Source: an uncultured Pseudomonadota bacterium (GTDB lineage: Bacteria; Pseudomonadota; Alphaproteobacteria; UBA9219). From it: 64,000 bases of DNA. Within the stretch, counting starts at the first letter, position 1. Each line of letters starts with the position of its first letter. The stretch lies in assembly GCA_903824505.1 (NCBI GenBank), contig CAIJXG010000045.1, forward strand, positions 756 to 64,755. The letters are read 5' to 3'. Below the pieces are notes generated by a model. That model did not search any database. It saw nothing but the letters and a program-made list of their open reading frames with translations, and was not told the origin of the DNA. The translations under genes were made by a program, and so were the position numbers. This document shows positions 1 through 10,320 of the stretch, piece by piece.

Positions 1-947
1 AGCGTCCGATAGGCCTGATTGCTGTTTTGCATAAATTTCACAAAATCGCCCGACCCGGCTTGCTCTTTGAACATTTTCTCATAGGCTTCTTGATAGGTCT
101 TCAAGACCTTGTCGGCGAGGCCCCATTCTTGCTGCAGACTTGTTTTAACCTCCTCAATCGCCGCTTTGATTTCGGCGCGTTCTACCGAGGAAACGGCGGC
201 AAGCGGAATTTTGATTTCTTGAATCCAGCTTTGCATATCTCCAATGGAGGGCAAGGTGCGCTGGCGTTGAAACCCATAGAAAATAACACCTTTCCACGCG
301 GCAAAGATTTCCAGCTCCTCCCCCTTGGGCAGGCGCAAGGCCATAATCAAGGGACGGAGCGCGTCCAGATCACGGCCTTCCCAAATTTTTTCGATCAGCT
401 TGCGGGCCATCTCGTCCGAAGCGATGGCATCCGGAAAAGCCGCGCGGGCCAAAGGTTCAAACCCTTGAAGAATGTAAAGCTCGATCTGATCCCATAAATC
501 TGCCGGCACGTCGAAATAGGCGGGATTCATCTCGATCTTTTCCCTAATAAACACGTCTTTAAGTAAAAACGGATCCATCGAGGGCAGGGAATCGAGAATC
601 CGCAAAATCCGCAAATCCTCCTCCAACGATACGGGCGGCAACGCGCCTGCGCCAAACGAATCTTCCAAAGCCTGCGGCATCATTTTGTCATGGACAAAAA
701 CGGTGCGCCCGCCTTCGTAAATATCGTTTTCATTAAAAGGCACATAAAGTTTGGTGCCGATCGACGCTTTCGACCCATAGCCCTGCAGATCCGTGTCTTT
801 AATCAAAACAAGCTTATTCAATGGCTTGCAGCGGAAGAAAAGCTGAGCTTCTGGATTTTCCGCCCCCAGACGGCGCGAGATCACGTTGCAATTCAGGACA
901 CGCGGCGAGCCGACATCCAGCATGGGTTTAAGATAATCCTGAGCCAT
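1..947 (-). CDS. Hypothetical protein, 5'-complete, runs off the window start (at least 315 aa). No recognisable family.
   Basis: Reverse-strand translation from ATG at 947 (MAQDYLKPMLDVGSPRVLNC...EWGLADKVLKTYQEAYEKMFKEQAGSGDF...) stays open to position 1. The provided ORF track omits it because it runs off the edge. The + strand ORFs 27..497 and 690..1022 are antisense artefacts. GC is lower than in the housekeeping genes. Confidence 0.6.
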   Translation of the reverse strand, partial: MAQDYLKPMLDVGSPRVLNCNVISRRLGAENPEAQLFFRCKPLNKLVLIKDTDLQGYGSKASIGTKLYVPFNENDIYEGGRTVFVHDKMMPQALEDSFGAGALPPVSLEEDLRILRILDSLPSMDPFLLKDVFIREKIEMNPAYFDVPADLWDQIELYILQGFEPLARAAFPDAIASDEMARKLIEKIWEGRDLDALRPLIMALRLPKGEELEIFAAWKGVIFYGFQRQRTLPSIGDMQSWIQEIKIPLAAVSSVERAEIKAAIEEVKTSLQQEWGLADKVLKTYQEAYEKMFKEQAGSGDFVKFMQNSNQAYRT

Positions 948-1036
948 AAAACGCCTGACTGCGAGAGGGAAGAGATGCTCAGAAAAACACAACCATTGAG
1001 TGTGGTCAAAGGAAAGGTTTGAGGCATTAAAGCGCG

Positions 1037-1894
1037 TTAAAAAAGCACGGGTTGAAATTTTCTGTCCTGATGCTCAATCACCTCAGTGACCGCGCGCTTG
1101 ACGGATAGCTTGGTTCCACTGCTGCTTTGTGAGATTCTTACCCTCACGCGGAGAATATCCCCTTTACCAAAGCGCTCTCCCTCCTCGATGCGTTGAAGAA
1201 AAGCCTGATCCTCAAGAACTGCACTGAACGAAGTCGATCCATCTGAAAAACGCCACTGATTTCCGTCTTTGAAAACAGCCGACTCGATCACTAAAGACAT
1301 TTCTGCTGCAAATTCCGACACGGGTTTTTCGATATCAATTGGCCTAAAATAGGCCGACTCGTCTCGTTTGGCGGAAACAAGTTCTTCGGTTATATCCCCA
1401 TCAGAGAGGCCGATACTGACTTCTTCGATTCCTTCTGTGTGAAGGGCGGCGCCAACAAAACGAGAAACGGCGTCCGATCCTTTGTCAGAAAGAACAAGAG
1501 TAAGTGCGGACGTCTGTACTTGTATAATCTGTCCATCATTATTCGTGACAGAGACCATGGGGCCAAGAGACTGAATATCCTTCGGCGGTCCACCACGCAG
1601 GAATTTCCAAAGTTTGAAGGCTTCTTTCACACACTCGAAAAGATTTTTTGGAATGTCGCTCGAAAAAAGAGTCGCAAGAGGCCCACCAACCGTAACCCAT
1701 ATATCCGTTAAGAAAGATCCTTTGCCATATCCGGCAACTTCCGCGCGTGCTTCGGCTTCATTTCCGTATGTCGCCTTAACGGCGGCGACCATAAACTCGG
1801 AAAACGCAATCATATTCGAGGAAGCCGTGTACACATCCATGCGCCCCTGATCGACAGCGGGCCCACCGTAGCGGAGTTGTAACCGCGTTTGCAT
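1037..1894 (-). CDS. Hypothetical protein (285 aa), co-oriented with the downstream gene across a 90-bp gap.
   Basis: Long ORF with plausible composition. No motif I recognise. Sits in a lower-GC segment. Confidence 0.55.
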   Translation of the reverse strand: MQTRLQLRYGGPAVDQGRMDVYTASSNMIAFSEFMVAAVKATYGNEAEARAEVAGYGKGSFLTDIWVTVGGPLATLFSSDIPKNLFECVKEAFKLWKFLRGGPPKDIQSLGPMVSVTNNDGQIIQVQTSALTLVLSDKGSDAVSRFVGAALHTEGIEEVSIGLSDGDITEELVSAKRDESAYFRPIDIEKPVSEFAAEMSLVIESAVFKDGNQWRFSDGSTSFSAVLEDQAFLQRIEEGERFGKGDILRVRVRISQSSSGTKLSVKRAVTEVIEHQDRKFQPVLF

Positions 1895-2015
1895 GCGTGT
1901 GTATCCCTTCTACAAGTTATACTTGCCGCGCTTCCGGTCGGCGCGGAAACAGTGTCAGAGCAGGGGTTAATGAATGGTTAAGATTTTGTTTGGTTGTAAA
2001 ATTAGACCAAAGCCT

Positions 2016-3353
2016 TCACTGTTCCAAAACACTCAGCACCCTATCCCTGTCCATCGCAGGCAGAAAATACTTCATCTCTGGCCCGTGATCGAGGCCGGTC
2101 AAAGCAAGACGCAAAGGCCGGAACAACTCTTTCCCCTTGCGGCCGGTACGGGCTTTAACACCGTCCATCCATGTCCCCCATGTCGTCTCATCCCACGGGG
2201 CGAGGGGCAGAAGCGCGGCCGCTTCCTTCAGGAAATCCGGCTCCGTGAGGACGGGGCTATAGTCCCCTTGGGCGATACGCTGCCAGTTTCGGACATCCGC
2301 GATCTTTTCGATATTCGCGCGTACGGCCTTCCAGAATGTTTCATCGACGGACTCCAACCCCTGCGCAGCCAGCCTGTCCAGCACCGACGCGAAGGGGGTC
2401 AGATGCAGGATCTTCGCGTTCATGGACCGAAGATCCTCAAGATCGAATTTTGGCGTCGCGTGAGAGATCCGCGCCATGTCAAATTCCTGCACCAGCTCAT
2501 CCAGCGACAGGCGCGGCGCGACAGGATCCGATGTGCCGAGTTTGGCCAAAAGCGCGTTGATCGCCATCGGCTCGATTCCCATTTCCTCGCGCATGCTGGC
2601 GATGGAAAGGGTGCCCAGCCGCTTGCTCATCTCTAGCCCCGTCGCGCTAACCAAAAGAGGCATATGGGCAAAAATAGGAACAGGGGCAGAGGTCACGGCC
2701 TGCCAAAGCTGAATCTGCACAACAGTATTGGTGACGTGATCCGCGCCGCGAATCACATGCGTTGTGCCGTCGTCGGCATCATCCACGACCGAGCAAAAAG
2801 TATAAAGCGGCACGCCATCGGCACGTACCAACACGGGATCGGACAGCGAGGCCGCCGGAAGGCTCTTGGGCCCCTGAATCAAATCATCCCAGACAGTTTC
2901 CGTATGTTCCAACTTGAAGCGCCAATGAGGCTTGATCCCCTGCGCGTCTCGCGCAGCGCGATCGGCATCGGTTAAGCGTAAAGCGGCGCGGTCATAGACG
3001 GGCGGCAAACCCCGCCCCAAAAGAGTCTTACGCTTCAGATCCAGTTCGGCTTGCGTTTCATAGCAGGGATAGACAAGCCCCTTGTTTTTCAGCTCACCTA
3101 AGACTTCAGCATAACGGGCTAACCTGTCGGATTGGCGGCCAAAAAGATCCCATGTCAGCCCCAGCCAAGACAGATCCCGCTGAATGGCTTGCGCGTATTC
3201 GGCGCTTGAGCGCGTGCTGTCCGTATCGTCCAGCCGCAGCATGAACCGCCCGCCTAGCTTGCGCGCGAACAGATAGTTAAACAACGCCGCGCGGATATTG
3301 CCGATATGCAGCAATCCGGTGGGAGAGGGGGCGATACGAACAAGAACAGACAT
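2016..3353 (-). CDS. gltX: Glutamate--tRNA ligase
   Basis: N-terminus RIAPSPTGLLHIGNIRAALFNYLFARK (HIGH motif) and class I GluRS architecture; 445 aa. Confidence 0.93.
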   Translation of the reverse strand: MSVLVRIAPSPTGLLHIGNIRAALFNYLFARKLGGRFMLRLDDTDSTRSSAEYAQAIQRDLSWLGLTWDLFGRQSDRLARYAEVLGELKNKGLVYPCYETQAELDLKRKTLLGRGLPPVYDRAALRLTDADRAARDAQGIKPHWRFKLEHTETVWDDLIQGPKSLPAASLSDPVLVRADGVPLYTFCSVVDDADDGTTHVIRGADHVTNTVVQIQLWQAVTSAPVPIFAHMPLLVSATGLEMSKRLGTLSIASMREEMGIEPMAINALLAKLGTSDPVAPRLSLDELVQEFDMARISHATPKFDLEDLRSMNAKILHLTPFASVLDRLAAQGLESVDETFWKAVRANIEKIADVRNWQRIAQGDYSPVLTEPDFLKEAAALLPLAPWDETTWGTWMDGVKARTGRKGKELFRPLRLALTGLDHGPEMKYFLPAMDRDRVLSVLEQ

Positions 3354-3543
3354 CGGTCAACACATAGAAAAAGAATGCCATAAGAGCACAGCGGCGAATA
3401 ATCCCAGCGGCTTATGCCGCCGAAGGTCCTAAATTTTCTTCAAAGACTAGGCAGAGGTTAAAATTTAGAACCCTTCGTATAACTGCACCATTTCATCTGC
3501 CTAAGTCAAATTTTATGCCTGAAACGGCGAGTCGAAAAAAGAT

Positions 3544-5424
3544 TTAACCGCATTCAGCGGTGGCCACACCGCCGCCTATTGAGATGCCTGCTTTCATTTT
3601 GGAGGGGGGCTTCTCCGGACAAGACGGCTGTTCCGTAGGATAAGAATCAATGCCTAGATGAGCCAAAACTTCCTCAGAAGACCAAGAAGGGGTTCTCCTG
3701 CATTTTATCTGGAACGCTTCGGCCGCCTCTATCGCGTCATAGAGACCTATATCTCTGGCAAACTCCGAAGGGGTGCGCCTATCATCGGAAGATTGAAAGA
3801 AAGAGATCGTGGCTTTTCTTTCAAATAATCTGGTTGCTAAATCCCTAATCGAAGATTCGCCTCCGTCCTTCCTGTAAAAATCAAAAGAGTTCCATAAATC
3901 AAGGAAAACCGCAATTTCTGTTAAGCCATTTGTTTCGATGTCCGAGCAAGTGAGGATGCTTCTTTGATTAAACAGCCCCTCTCTCTGATCCACTCCGTAA
4001 TCGTAGAGGTTTTCAGAATCGACTGTTCTCAGATGATCTATCGCGTCTTGCTTCGCTTCTGGCTTTAGGTCATTCAAGAAACCAATAAATGCCGCAGGAT
4101 CCAGAAATCCTAAAGTTTCTACAACAGAAACAGGGATGTCGTAATCAGGGTCTGAGGGTCTATAATGGGCGATGCTTTCCCATATTTCTAAGTAAGCCGC
4201 ACAAAGTTGCCCTGCTTCTTTATCTCCAGCTTTCGAGCCCCTTATCTCTTGAAAGCGATTAAAGGCCTCAAGAACCCGCGCCTCTTCTTTTTTTACCCGC
4301 GCCTCTTCTCGTGTTGTTTTTAAATTTTGGACCAAGCATTTGCCATCAGGACTTTGATCAAGCAAAAGAAGAAAATCTGCCTCCCTTATAGCCTTTATAA
4401 GCGTGGGATCTTTTCCAAATGGCATATGGGTCGAGAGGGTTTCATCCGATACCGTCAAGCCTCCAGCAGGCAATTCACGAAGAGCATCGTCATGGTACAA
4501 ACTAAGGTGACCATAAGTTGGATCAAGCGCATGGGCTTTAAACAGGGCTTGGAAGAATTCTTGAGGAATATCCCCTTGCTTAATTTTTTCCTCAAGATCG
4601 GGGATTGTCGATGCTGCGTCCAGAAGTTTTCTTATAGGAGGTGGAGCGACAAGATCCCATCGTTTCCCATACGATTTCAAATACTCAGGCTGTCCATTTA
4701 AATAGGCAATATAACCAGAAATATACTGCAAAGTCCACGAATGGGCTTCATCAAGTGCATGATACAGCATAAGGTCTTGACGGGACGACCCCAGAATAGG
4801 CGCTCCTGTTAGCTGAAGAAGCTGATGTCCCCATTCATGCACCATAGTCATAGGTTCTTGAAAACTGCCTTCTACTTGGCAACAGGTCCCATTATAAGCA
4901 CGGTCATAGGTGCCTGTGAAACGGCTTCCACTGCTAGGACAGACAATAAAAGCCGGAAAAGGCCCCATCCCGTGTTTGTTTAGGACCTCGGACAAACGAA
5001 GATCATACCCAATGCCTTTCATGAGGCCTATGGCTTGAATGATGGTTTTTCTAACTCTTTCCGTGTGTACGAGATCCTCTGTCTGCCCGGGCCAAGACCA
5101 TATTTTGAGGTCAATAGGTTTCTGCTTATAGGGATCATAGCCCAGAAGGAAAATGGCCTGATCACCATCTTTTCTGGCAATCTGTTCCCGAATGTATTTT
5201 AACCCTGCAAAGACATTGCTTTCTGGGACTGTCAAAGATGTTTCTTTCACAACAACATCAGAATGGCGCCCCCATTGAAACTGCTTAACTGCACGAATAG
5301 CGGTGTTTAAAAGAGAGCGTTTTTGCACGGTGATGTAGGGATGTCTCCCCCATTGAAATTGATTAAGTGCCCGAATGGCCGCGTTTAAAAAGGCTGGGTC
5401 TGTTTCAGTCATCAAAAAGTCCAA
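3544..5424 (-). CDS. Zinc-metalloprotease-like protein (HExxH...E) with two tandem 25-aa N-terminal repeats. Candidate secreted or effector protein.
   Basis: Motif HEWGHQLL followed by ...LYHALDEAHSW, which is gluzincin-like. The N-terminus has LNAAIRALNQFQWGRHPYITVQKRS / LNTAIRAVKQFQWGRHSDVVVKETS, encoded by a ~75-bp tandem DNA repeat at about 5271-5400. The segment is AT-rich. Confidence 0.6.
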   Translation of the reverse strand: MDFLMTETDPAFLNAAIRALNQFQWGRHPYITVQKRSLLNTAIRAVKQFQWGRHSDVVVKETSLTVPESNVFAGLKYIREQIARKDGDQAIFLLGYDPYKQKPIDLKIWSWPGQTEDLVHTERVRKTIIQAIGLMKGIGYDLRLSEVLNKHGMGPFPAFIVCPSSGSRFTGTYDRAYNGTCCQVEGSFQEPMTMVHEWGHQLLQLTGAPILGSSRQDLMLYHALDEAHSWTLQYISGYIAYLNGQPEYLKSYGKRWDLVAPPPIRKLLDAASTIPDLEEKIKQGDIPQEFFQALFKAHALDPTYGHLSLYHDDALRELPAGGLTVSDETLSTHMPFGKDPTLIKAIREADFLLLLDQSPDGKCLVQNLKTTREEARVKKEEARVLEAFNRFQEIRGSKAGDKEAGQLCAAYLEIWESIAHYRPSDPDYDIPVSVVETLGFLDPAAFIGFLNDLKPEAKQDAIDHLRTVDSENLYDYGVDQREGLFNQRSILTCSDIETNGLTEIAVFLDLWNSFDFYRKDGGESSIRDLATRLFERKATISFFQSSDDRRTPSEFARDIGLYDAIEAAEAFQIKCRRTPSWSSEEVLAHLGIDSYPTEQPSCPEKPPSKMKAGISIGGGVATAECG

Positions 5425-5573
5425 AACATGGCATGTCTGCGATTATACCAGCACAGCAACCATAAAGAAATACTTTCATGCCTAAAAGAAATATCTGGGT
5501 GATATGCCGCAACCGTGAACGATTTAATCTTTTGAGAGACGTGGACTTTTAGAAGATCAAATTGTTTGTGGCT

Positions 5574-5665
5574 GTAGTATAGTTGGGCACCTTCGGAACC
5601 CCTTAAGTTTCATCCGCGCAAAAGGCGCATCAGCTTCGCTGCGTCCGTGTTTTGCACGGAATCGA
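5574..5665. repeat. MITE-like repeat family A, partial copy lacking one terminal hairpin
   Basis: Shares ...ggcaccttcggaaccccttaagtttcatccgcgcaaaaggcgcatcagcttcgc...gtgttttgcacggaatcga with copies at 12226, 28886, 36799, 41844, 43311 and 58674. Confidence 0.85.
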
Positions 5666-5686
5666 TCCGTTTTTCAGAGTAGGTTC

Positions 5687-6664
5687 GTGACCTTGATTTC
5701 TCCGTCTTGTTGGGTTGTGACCCACGGCGTGCCCGGCGTCGAAAATCAGTGTTTGGGCGTGGCCGAGGCGTTAGGGCTTACCCCTACCCTCAAGCGCATC
5801 ACGCTGCGCGCGCCGTGGAGGCAGCTTAGTCCCTTTTTGCGCTGGGGGCTGCGTCATGCTTTGAGCGCCGAGGGCGATCGTCTTGCACCGCCTTGGCCGG
5901 ATTTATTGATTGCCTCGGGACGGGCCAGCGTTTTGGCCTCGCTTTACGTGCGGCAGGAATCGCGCCGTGCGGGGGGGCGCGGGACTTTTACCGTTCAGAT
6001 TCAAAATCCGGTCATTGATCCGTCCCATTTTGATCTGGTGGTCGTGCCGCGTCATGACTTATTAAACGGGCCGAATGTTCTGAGCACTACAGGAAGCCTG
6101 CATCGCGTTACGCCCCAACGTCTTGTTCAAGAGGCGGAAAAATTCGCATCGGCCTTCGCGCCCTTCAAGCCGCCCTATCACGTTGTGCTTTTTGGGGGCA
6201 GCAACGCTGTGTATAAGCTGACTCGGAAGGAAATGACGGTGTTAGCCGCGCAGTTAAGGGCCGTAGCGGCGCAGGGGGGCAGTTTGCTGATTACCGCGTC
6301 CCGCCGGACGGGAGAGGAAAATCTTAGGATTTTGCAAGAGGCTCTGCAGGGGCTTCCCGCTTTTATTTGGGATGGCACAGGCCCTAATCCCTATTACGCG
6401 ATGCTACATATGGCGGATATTCTTCTTGTTACCTGTGACAGTGTGAATTTAGTCTCTGAAGCCTGCGCGACCGGAAAGCCTGTGATGATCCTTGACTTGC
6501 CGGGCGGATCGGACAAATTTCGCCGCTTCCACCAAGCCTTGCACGAGGACGGCCTCACCCGTCCGTTCAAAGGGGCGGTGGAGCGCTGGCATCCCAAGCC
6601 GCTGGAGGATGTGCAGCGTGTTGCCGATAGGATTCGCGGGATGCGTGGATTGGGAAACAACTAA
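5687..6664 (+). CDS. ELM1/DUF1022 family protein (mitochondrial-fission ELM1-like, predicted nucleotide-sugar enzyme)
   Basis: CWVVTHGVPGVENQCLGVAEALGL is the typical ELM1-family N-terminus; ~325 aa; common in Alphaproteobacteria. Confidence 0.75.
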   Translation: MTLISPSCWVVTHGVPGVENQCLGVAEALGLTPTLKRITLRAPWRQLSPFLRWGLRHALSAEGDRLAPPWPDLLIASGRASVLASLYVRQESRRAGGRGTFTVQIQNPVIDPSHFDLVVVPRHDLLNGPNVLSTTGSLHRVTPQRLVQEAEKFASAFAPFKPPYHVVLFGGSNAVYKLTRKEMTVLAAQLRAVAAQGGSLLITASRRTGEENLRILQEALQGLPAFIWDGTGPNPYYAMLHMADILLVTCDSVNLVSEACATGKPVMILDLPGGSDKFRRFHQALHEDGLTRPFKGAVERWHPKPLEDVQRVADRIRGMRGLGNN

Positions 6665-6679
6665 CTTTTTGGAGTCTTT

Positions 6680-9070
6680 ATGAAATTCACCGTCTCTTGG
6701 CTTAAACAGCATTTGGATACCACCGCCTCGCTCGCGGAGATTTGCACGAAGCTGACCGCTTTGGGGCTGGAGGTCGAGGGCGTCGAGGATTACAGCCAAA
6801 AACTCGCGCCCTTCATCATCGGGCATGTTGTGGAGGCCGTTCCCCATCCCAATGCCGACCGTTTGCGTGTCTGCACCGTTGATACGGGGACAGAGACATT
6901 GCAAATCGTGTGCGGCGCATCGAACGCACGTGCGGGAATCAAGATTGTGCTGGCGCGACCCGGAGATGTCATGCCGGATACCGGACAGGCTTTGAAGAAA
7001 GGCGCGATCCGTGGCGTTGAGTCTCAAGGCATGATGTGCGCGGTGGATGAGCTGGGCATCGGCGACGCGCATGAAGGGATTATTGAATTGGATGCAGCGG
7101 CGCCTGTCGGCAGCTCTTTCGCTGCCTATGCGGGCTATGATGATGCGATGATCGAGATCAATCTGACTCCGAACCGTCCCGATTGTGCGGGGGTGCGCGG
7201 CATTGCGCGGGATCTGGCGGCGGCAGGGTTGGGCACGCTGAAGCCTTTGGACACAACGGCGGTCAAAGGCACAGAAAAATCGCGCATTCAAATTATTTTG
7301 GACGATCCCGCTTGTCCTCTTTTCGCCGGACGTTTGGTGCGGAATATCAAAAATACCGAAAGCCCCGCTTGGCTGCAGCAAAGGCTGCGGATGATCGGGC
7401 AACGGCCTATCTCCGCGCTGGTGGATATCACGACTTATCTGACCGTTGACGCGGCGCGGCCTTTGCATGTGTTCGATGCGAAAAAGATCAAAGGCAATCT
7501 ATGGATTCGCCCCGCCCAAGGCGGCGAGAGCTTTGAGGCGTTGAACGGGAAGATTTATACGCTCAGCGAAGGCATGACCGCGATTGGTGATGACACAGGC
7601 GTTTTAAGCCTCGGCGGTATCATGGGCGGATCCAGCACCGCCTGTGACGAAAACACAACCGATGTGTTTATCGAAGCGGCCTATTTCGATCCGTTGCGGA
7701 TTGCGTTGACGGGACGCGCACTGCAGTTAACCTCGGATGCGCGTTACCGGTTCGAGCGCGGCGTGGATCCTTTGTTTACCTTGGACGGGATGGAAATCGC
7801 CACGCGCTTGGTTGTCGAGCTGTGTGGAACGCCAGAGACTATTGTCAGCGAGGTTGAAGTCGCAGGGAAAGCGCCTGTACTTGAAAAAACAATCCATCTT
7901 GATCTCGCCAAATGTTTTAAACACACGGGCGTGGATCTGCCGGTTACCGAACAAGAACAAATCCTGACGCGGCTTGGCTTCACGGTTCAACAGGAAAACG
8001 GAAGGCTGCGTGTTACGCCCCCCAGCTGGCGGCCGGATATCGACGGCAGCTCGGATCTGATCGAGGAAATCATTCGCGTCAAAGGCTATGAGCATCTGCC
8101 CGCGACCTCTCTGCCGCGCCACGAAGCGATCACGCGTCCCGCCATCGATACGGAAGAGGCGCGGCTTCACACCGCGCGGCGGGTTTTGGCGATGCAGGGT
8201 TTGATGGAGGCCGTCACATGGTCCTTCATGCCTGCAGAGATTGCCGCGTTGTTTGGGGCGATTCCGGATGAGCTCCGGCTCGTCAATCCGATCAGCAGTG
8301 ATCTGGACGTCATGCGGCCTTCTTTGCTGGGAAATCTGATTCTAGCTGCCAAACGTAACGTGGATCGCGGCGCGGCGGATGTCGCGTTGTTTGAAGTGGG
8401 GCCTGCTTTTGCCTCGGCCGCGCCAGAGGGACAACGGACGATCGCGACCTCCCTGCGTGCGGGATTATCGCCGCGTCATTGGAACGCCCCCACCCGCGCG
8501 GTCGATGTTTTCGATGCTAAGGCCGATGCGCTGGCTGTTCTGGCGGCTTTGGGCGTGCCAACCGCGAATCTGCAAATCACAACCGATGCGCCTGTTTGGT
8601 ATCATCCGGGAAGGTCGGGCGTGTTGCGTCTTGGTCCTCATCCGTTGGCTTTCTTCGGGGCTCTTCATCCGCAGATCATTGATGCCTGCGGGGCCTCAGG
8701 ACCGATGGTTGGGTGTGAGATTTTCCCTGAGGCGATTCCTGTCGCGCGTAACGCCGGCTCAGCCAAACCCTTGCTGGTTTTGGATGCTCTGCAACCCGTT
8801 ACCCGCGACTTCGCCTTTTTGGTGGAAGGGTCTGTTACGGCGGCGAAATTGGTGAAGGCCGTCAAAGATGCCGAGAAAAGCCTTATTCGCGCCGTGACAG
8901 TTTTCGATGTCTATGAAGGCGAGAAAGTCGAGAAGGGTAAAAAATCCGTCGCCTTAAGTGTCACGCTGCAGCCAACTCAGAAAACCCTGACCGATGCGGA
9001 AATCGATGCGATTGCGGCAAAAATCACCGACTCAGTCGCCAAGGCCACAGGAGGACAGTTGCGGGGGTAA
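6680..9070 (+). CDS. pheT: Phenylalanine--tRNA ligase beta subunit
   Basis: MKFTVSWLKQHLDT start, tRNA-binding (EMAP-like) domain GHVVEAVPHPNADRLRVCTVDTG, B3/4 and B5 regions, 796 aa. No pheS upstream. Confidence 0.93.
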   Translation: MKFTVSWLKQHLDTTASLAEICTKLTALGLEVEGVEDYSQKLAPFIIGHVVEAVPHPNADRLRVCTVDTGTETLQIVCGASNARAGIKIVLARPGDVMPDTGQALKKGAIRGVESQGMMCAVDELGIGDAHEGIIELDAAAPVGSSFAAYAGYDDAMIEINLTPNRPDCAGVRGIARDLAAAGLGTLKPLDTTAVKGTEKSRIQIILDDPACPLFAGRLVRNIKNTESPAWLQQRLRMIGQRPISALVDITTYLTVDAARPLHVFDAKKIKGNLWIRPAQGGESFEALNGKIYTLSEGMTAIGDDTGVLSLGGIMGGSSTACDENTTDVFIEAAYFDPLRIALTGRALQLTSDARYRFERGVDPLFTLDGMEIATRLVVELCGTPETIVSEVEVAGKAPVLEKTIHLDLAKCFKHTGVDLPVTEQEQILTRLGFTVQQENGRLRVTPPSWRPDIDGSSDLIEEIIRVKGYEHLPATSLPRHEAITRPAIDTEEARLHTARRVLAMQGLMEAVTWSFMPAEIAALFGAIPDELRLVNPISSDLDVMRPSLLGNLILAAKRNVDRGAADVALFEVGPAFASAAPEGQRTIATSLRAGLSPRHWNAPTRAVDVFDAKADALAVLAALGVPTANLQITTDAPVWYHPGRSGVLRLGPHPLAFFGALHPQIIDACGASGPMVGCEIFPEAIPVARNAGSAKPLLVLDALQPVTRDFAFLVEGSVTAAKLVKAVKDAEKSLIRAVTVFDVYEGEKVEKGKKSVALSVTLQPTQKTLTDAEIDAIAAKITDSVAKATGGQLRG

Positions 9071-9166
9071 CCTCCCTTTGTTCTTAACGGACAGGTGATC
9101 AAATTTTCAGGGTTGCGTCTTCGGCTTGTTTTCTGCATTTTTCTCTAACGGGTAGAGATTCTATTC

Positions 9167-9529
9167 GTGGCTTCCGATGGAGAGACCATGCCGACCCTTC
9201 CCAAGACCCCCTCGTTGCCCGATTTCCAGACTTATATCGTGGAGATGGAAACCGAACGCGGCTTCATCACGCAAAACATCGTGCAAAAATGCCTTCTTTT
9301 ATCCGAAGAGGTGGGCGAGTTGTGCAAAGCCATTCGCCATCAAGACGGTATGATCGTGGATGCAGCTTTAAAAGAGACTCATGCGGCTCATGAATGCGCG
9401 GATGTATTAATGATTCTTCTCTCCATCGCCAATCGGCTGAACATTGATCTTGAACAGGCCTTCCGTGAAAAAGAAGCGCTGAACAAGACGCGAAGCTGGA
9501 CGAAGGAAAAACCTCCAATCGCTTGCTGA
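9167..9529 (+). CDS. MazG-like nucleotide pyrophosphohydrolase domain protein
   Basis: EEVGELCKAIR...ECADVLMILLSIANRLNIDLEQAF matches the MazG NTP-PPase helix pair; 120 aa. Confidence 0.7.
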   Translation: MASDGETMPTLPKTPSLPDFQTYIVEMETERGFITQNIVQKCLLLSEEVGELCKAIRHQDGMIVDAALKETHAAHECADVLMILLSIANRLNIDLEQAFREKEALNKTRSWTKEKPPIAC

Positions 9530-9540
9530 AGGAATAGTCG

Positions 9541-10320
9541 ATGGTCGAACTCGCGCTTCCCAAACATGCCCGCGTCACGCAAGGCAAGGTTTTTCCTGCA
9601 CTGCCTGAGTGTAAGCGTCCGAAGACGTTTAAGATCTATCGCTGGTCGCCGGAAGAAGATGTGCCACCGCATGTGGACAGTTATGTGATTGATCTTGATG
9701 CGTGCGGCCCGATGGTTTTGGACGCGATCATTTACATTAAAAACAAGATCGACAGCACGCTGACTTTCCGCCGTTCGTGCCGCGAGGGGATTTGCGGCTC
9801 TTGTTCCATGAATATCGATGGCACGAACACGCTGGCTTGCACCAAACCCATTGAGGACATCAAAGGTGACGTGAAAATTTACCCCCTGCCCCATATGGAA
9901 GTCGTCAAGGATCTTGTGCCAAATTTGACGCCCATTTACGCGCAATATGCGGTGATCGAGCCGTGGCTGAAAACCGAAACCCCCGCGCCGGATCGGGAAA
10001 GACTTCAAGCGCCCGAAGACCGAGCCAAGCTGGACGGGCTGTATGAATGTATTTTGTGTTTTTGTTGTTCCACAAGCTGCCCTAGCTATTGGTGGAACAG
10101 CGACCGCTATCTGGGACCTGCCGTTTTGCTGCAAGCCTATCGCTGGCTGGTCGATAGCCGTGACGAGGCGGCGGGAGAGCGACTCGATGCGCTGCAGGAC
10201 CCCTTCCGTCTCTATCGGTGCCATACGATTATGAACTGTACCAAGACCTGCCCCAAGGGTCTAAACCCCGCCAAAGCGATTGCGGAGACGAAGAAGCTGT
10301 TAGCCGAGCGGAGTCTCTAG
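9541..10320 (+). CDS. sdhB: Succinate dehydrogenase iron-sulfur subunit
   Basis: [15 protein letters not shown] (2Fe-2S), [12 protein letters not shown] (4Fe-4S), [17 protein letters not shown] (3Fe-4S); 259 aa. sdhCDA is not adjacent. Confidence 0.93.
   Translation: MVELALPKHARVTQGKVFPALPECKRPKTFKIYRWSPEEDVPPHVDSYVIDLDACGPMVLDAIIYIKNKIDSTLTFRRSCREGICGSCSMNIDGTNTLACTKPIEDIKGDVKIYPLPHMEVVKDLVPNLTPIYAQYAVIEPWLKTETPAPDRERLQAPEDRAKLDGLYECILCFCCSTSCPSYWWNSDRYLGPAVLLQAYRWLVDSRDEAAGERLDALQDPFRLYRCHTIMNCTKTCPKGLNPAKAIAETKKLLAERSL

Noticed and set aside
27-1022. Plus-strand ORFs 27..497 and 690..1022 from the six-frame track
   Set aside because: Their translations are low-complexity and motif-free. 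The opposite strand encodes a continuous, protein-like ORF from 947 to the window edge that they overlap.
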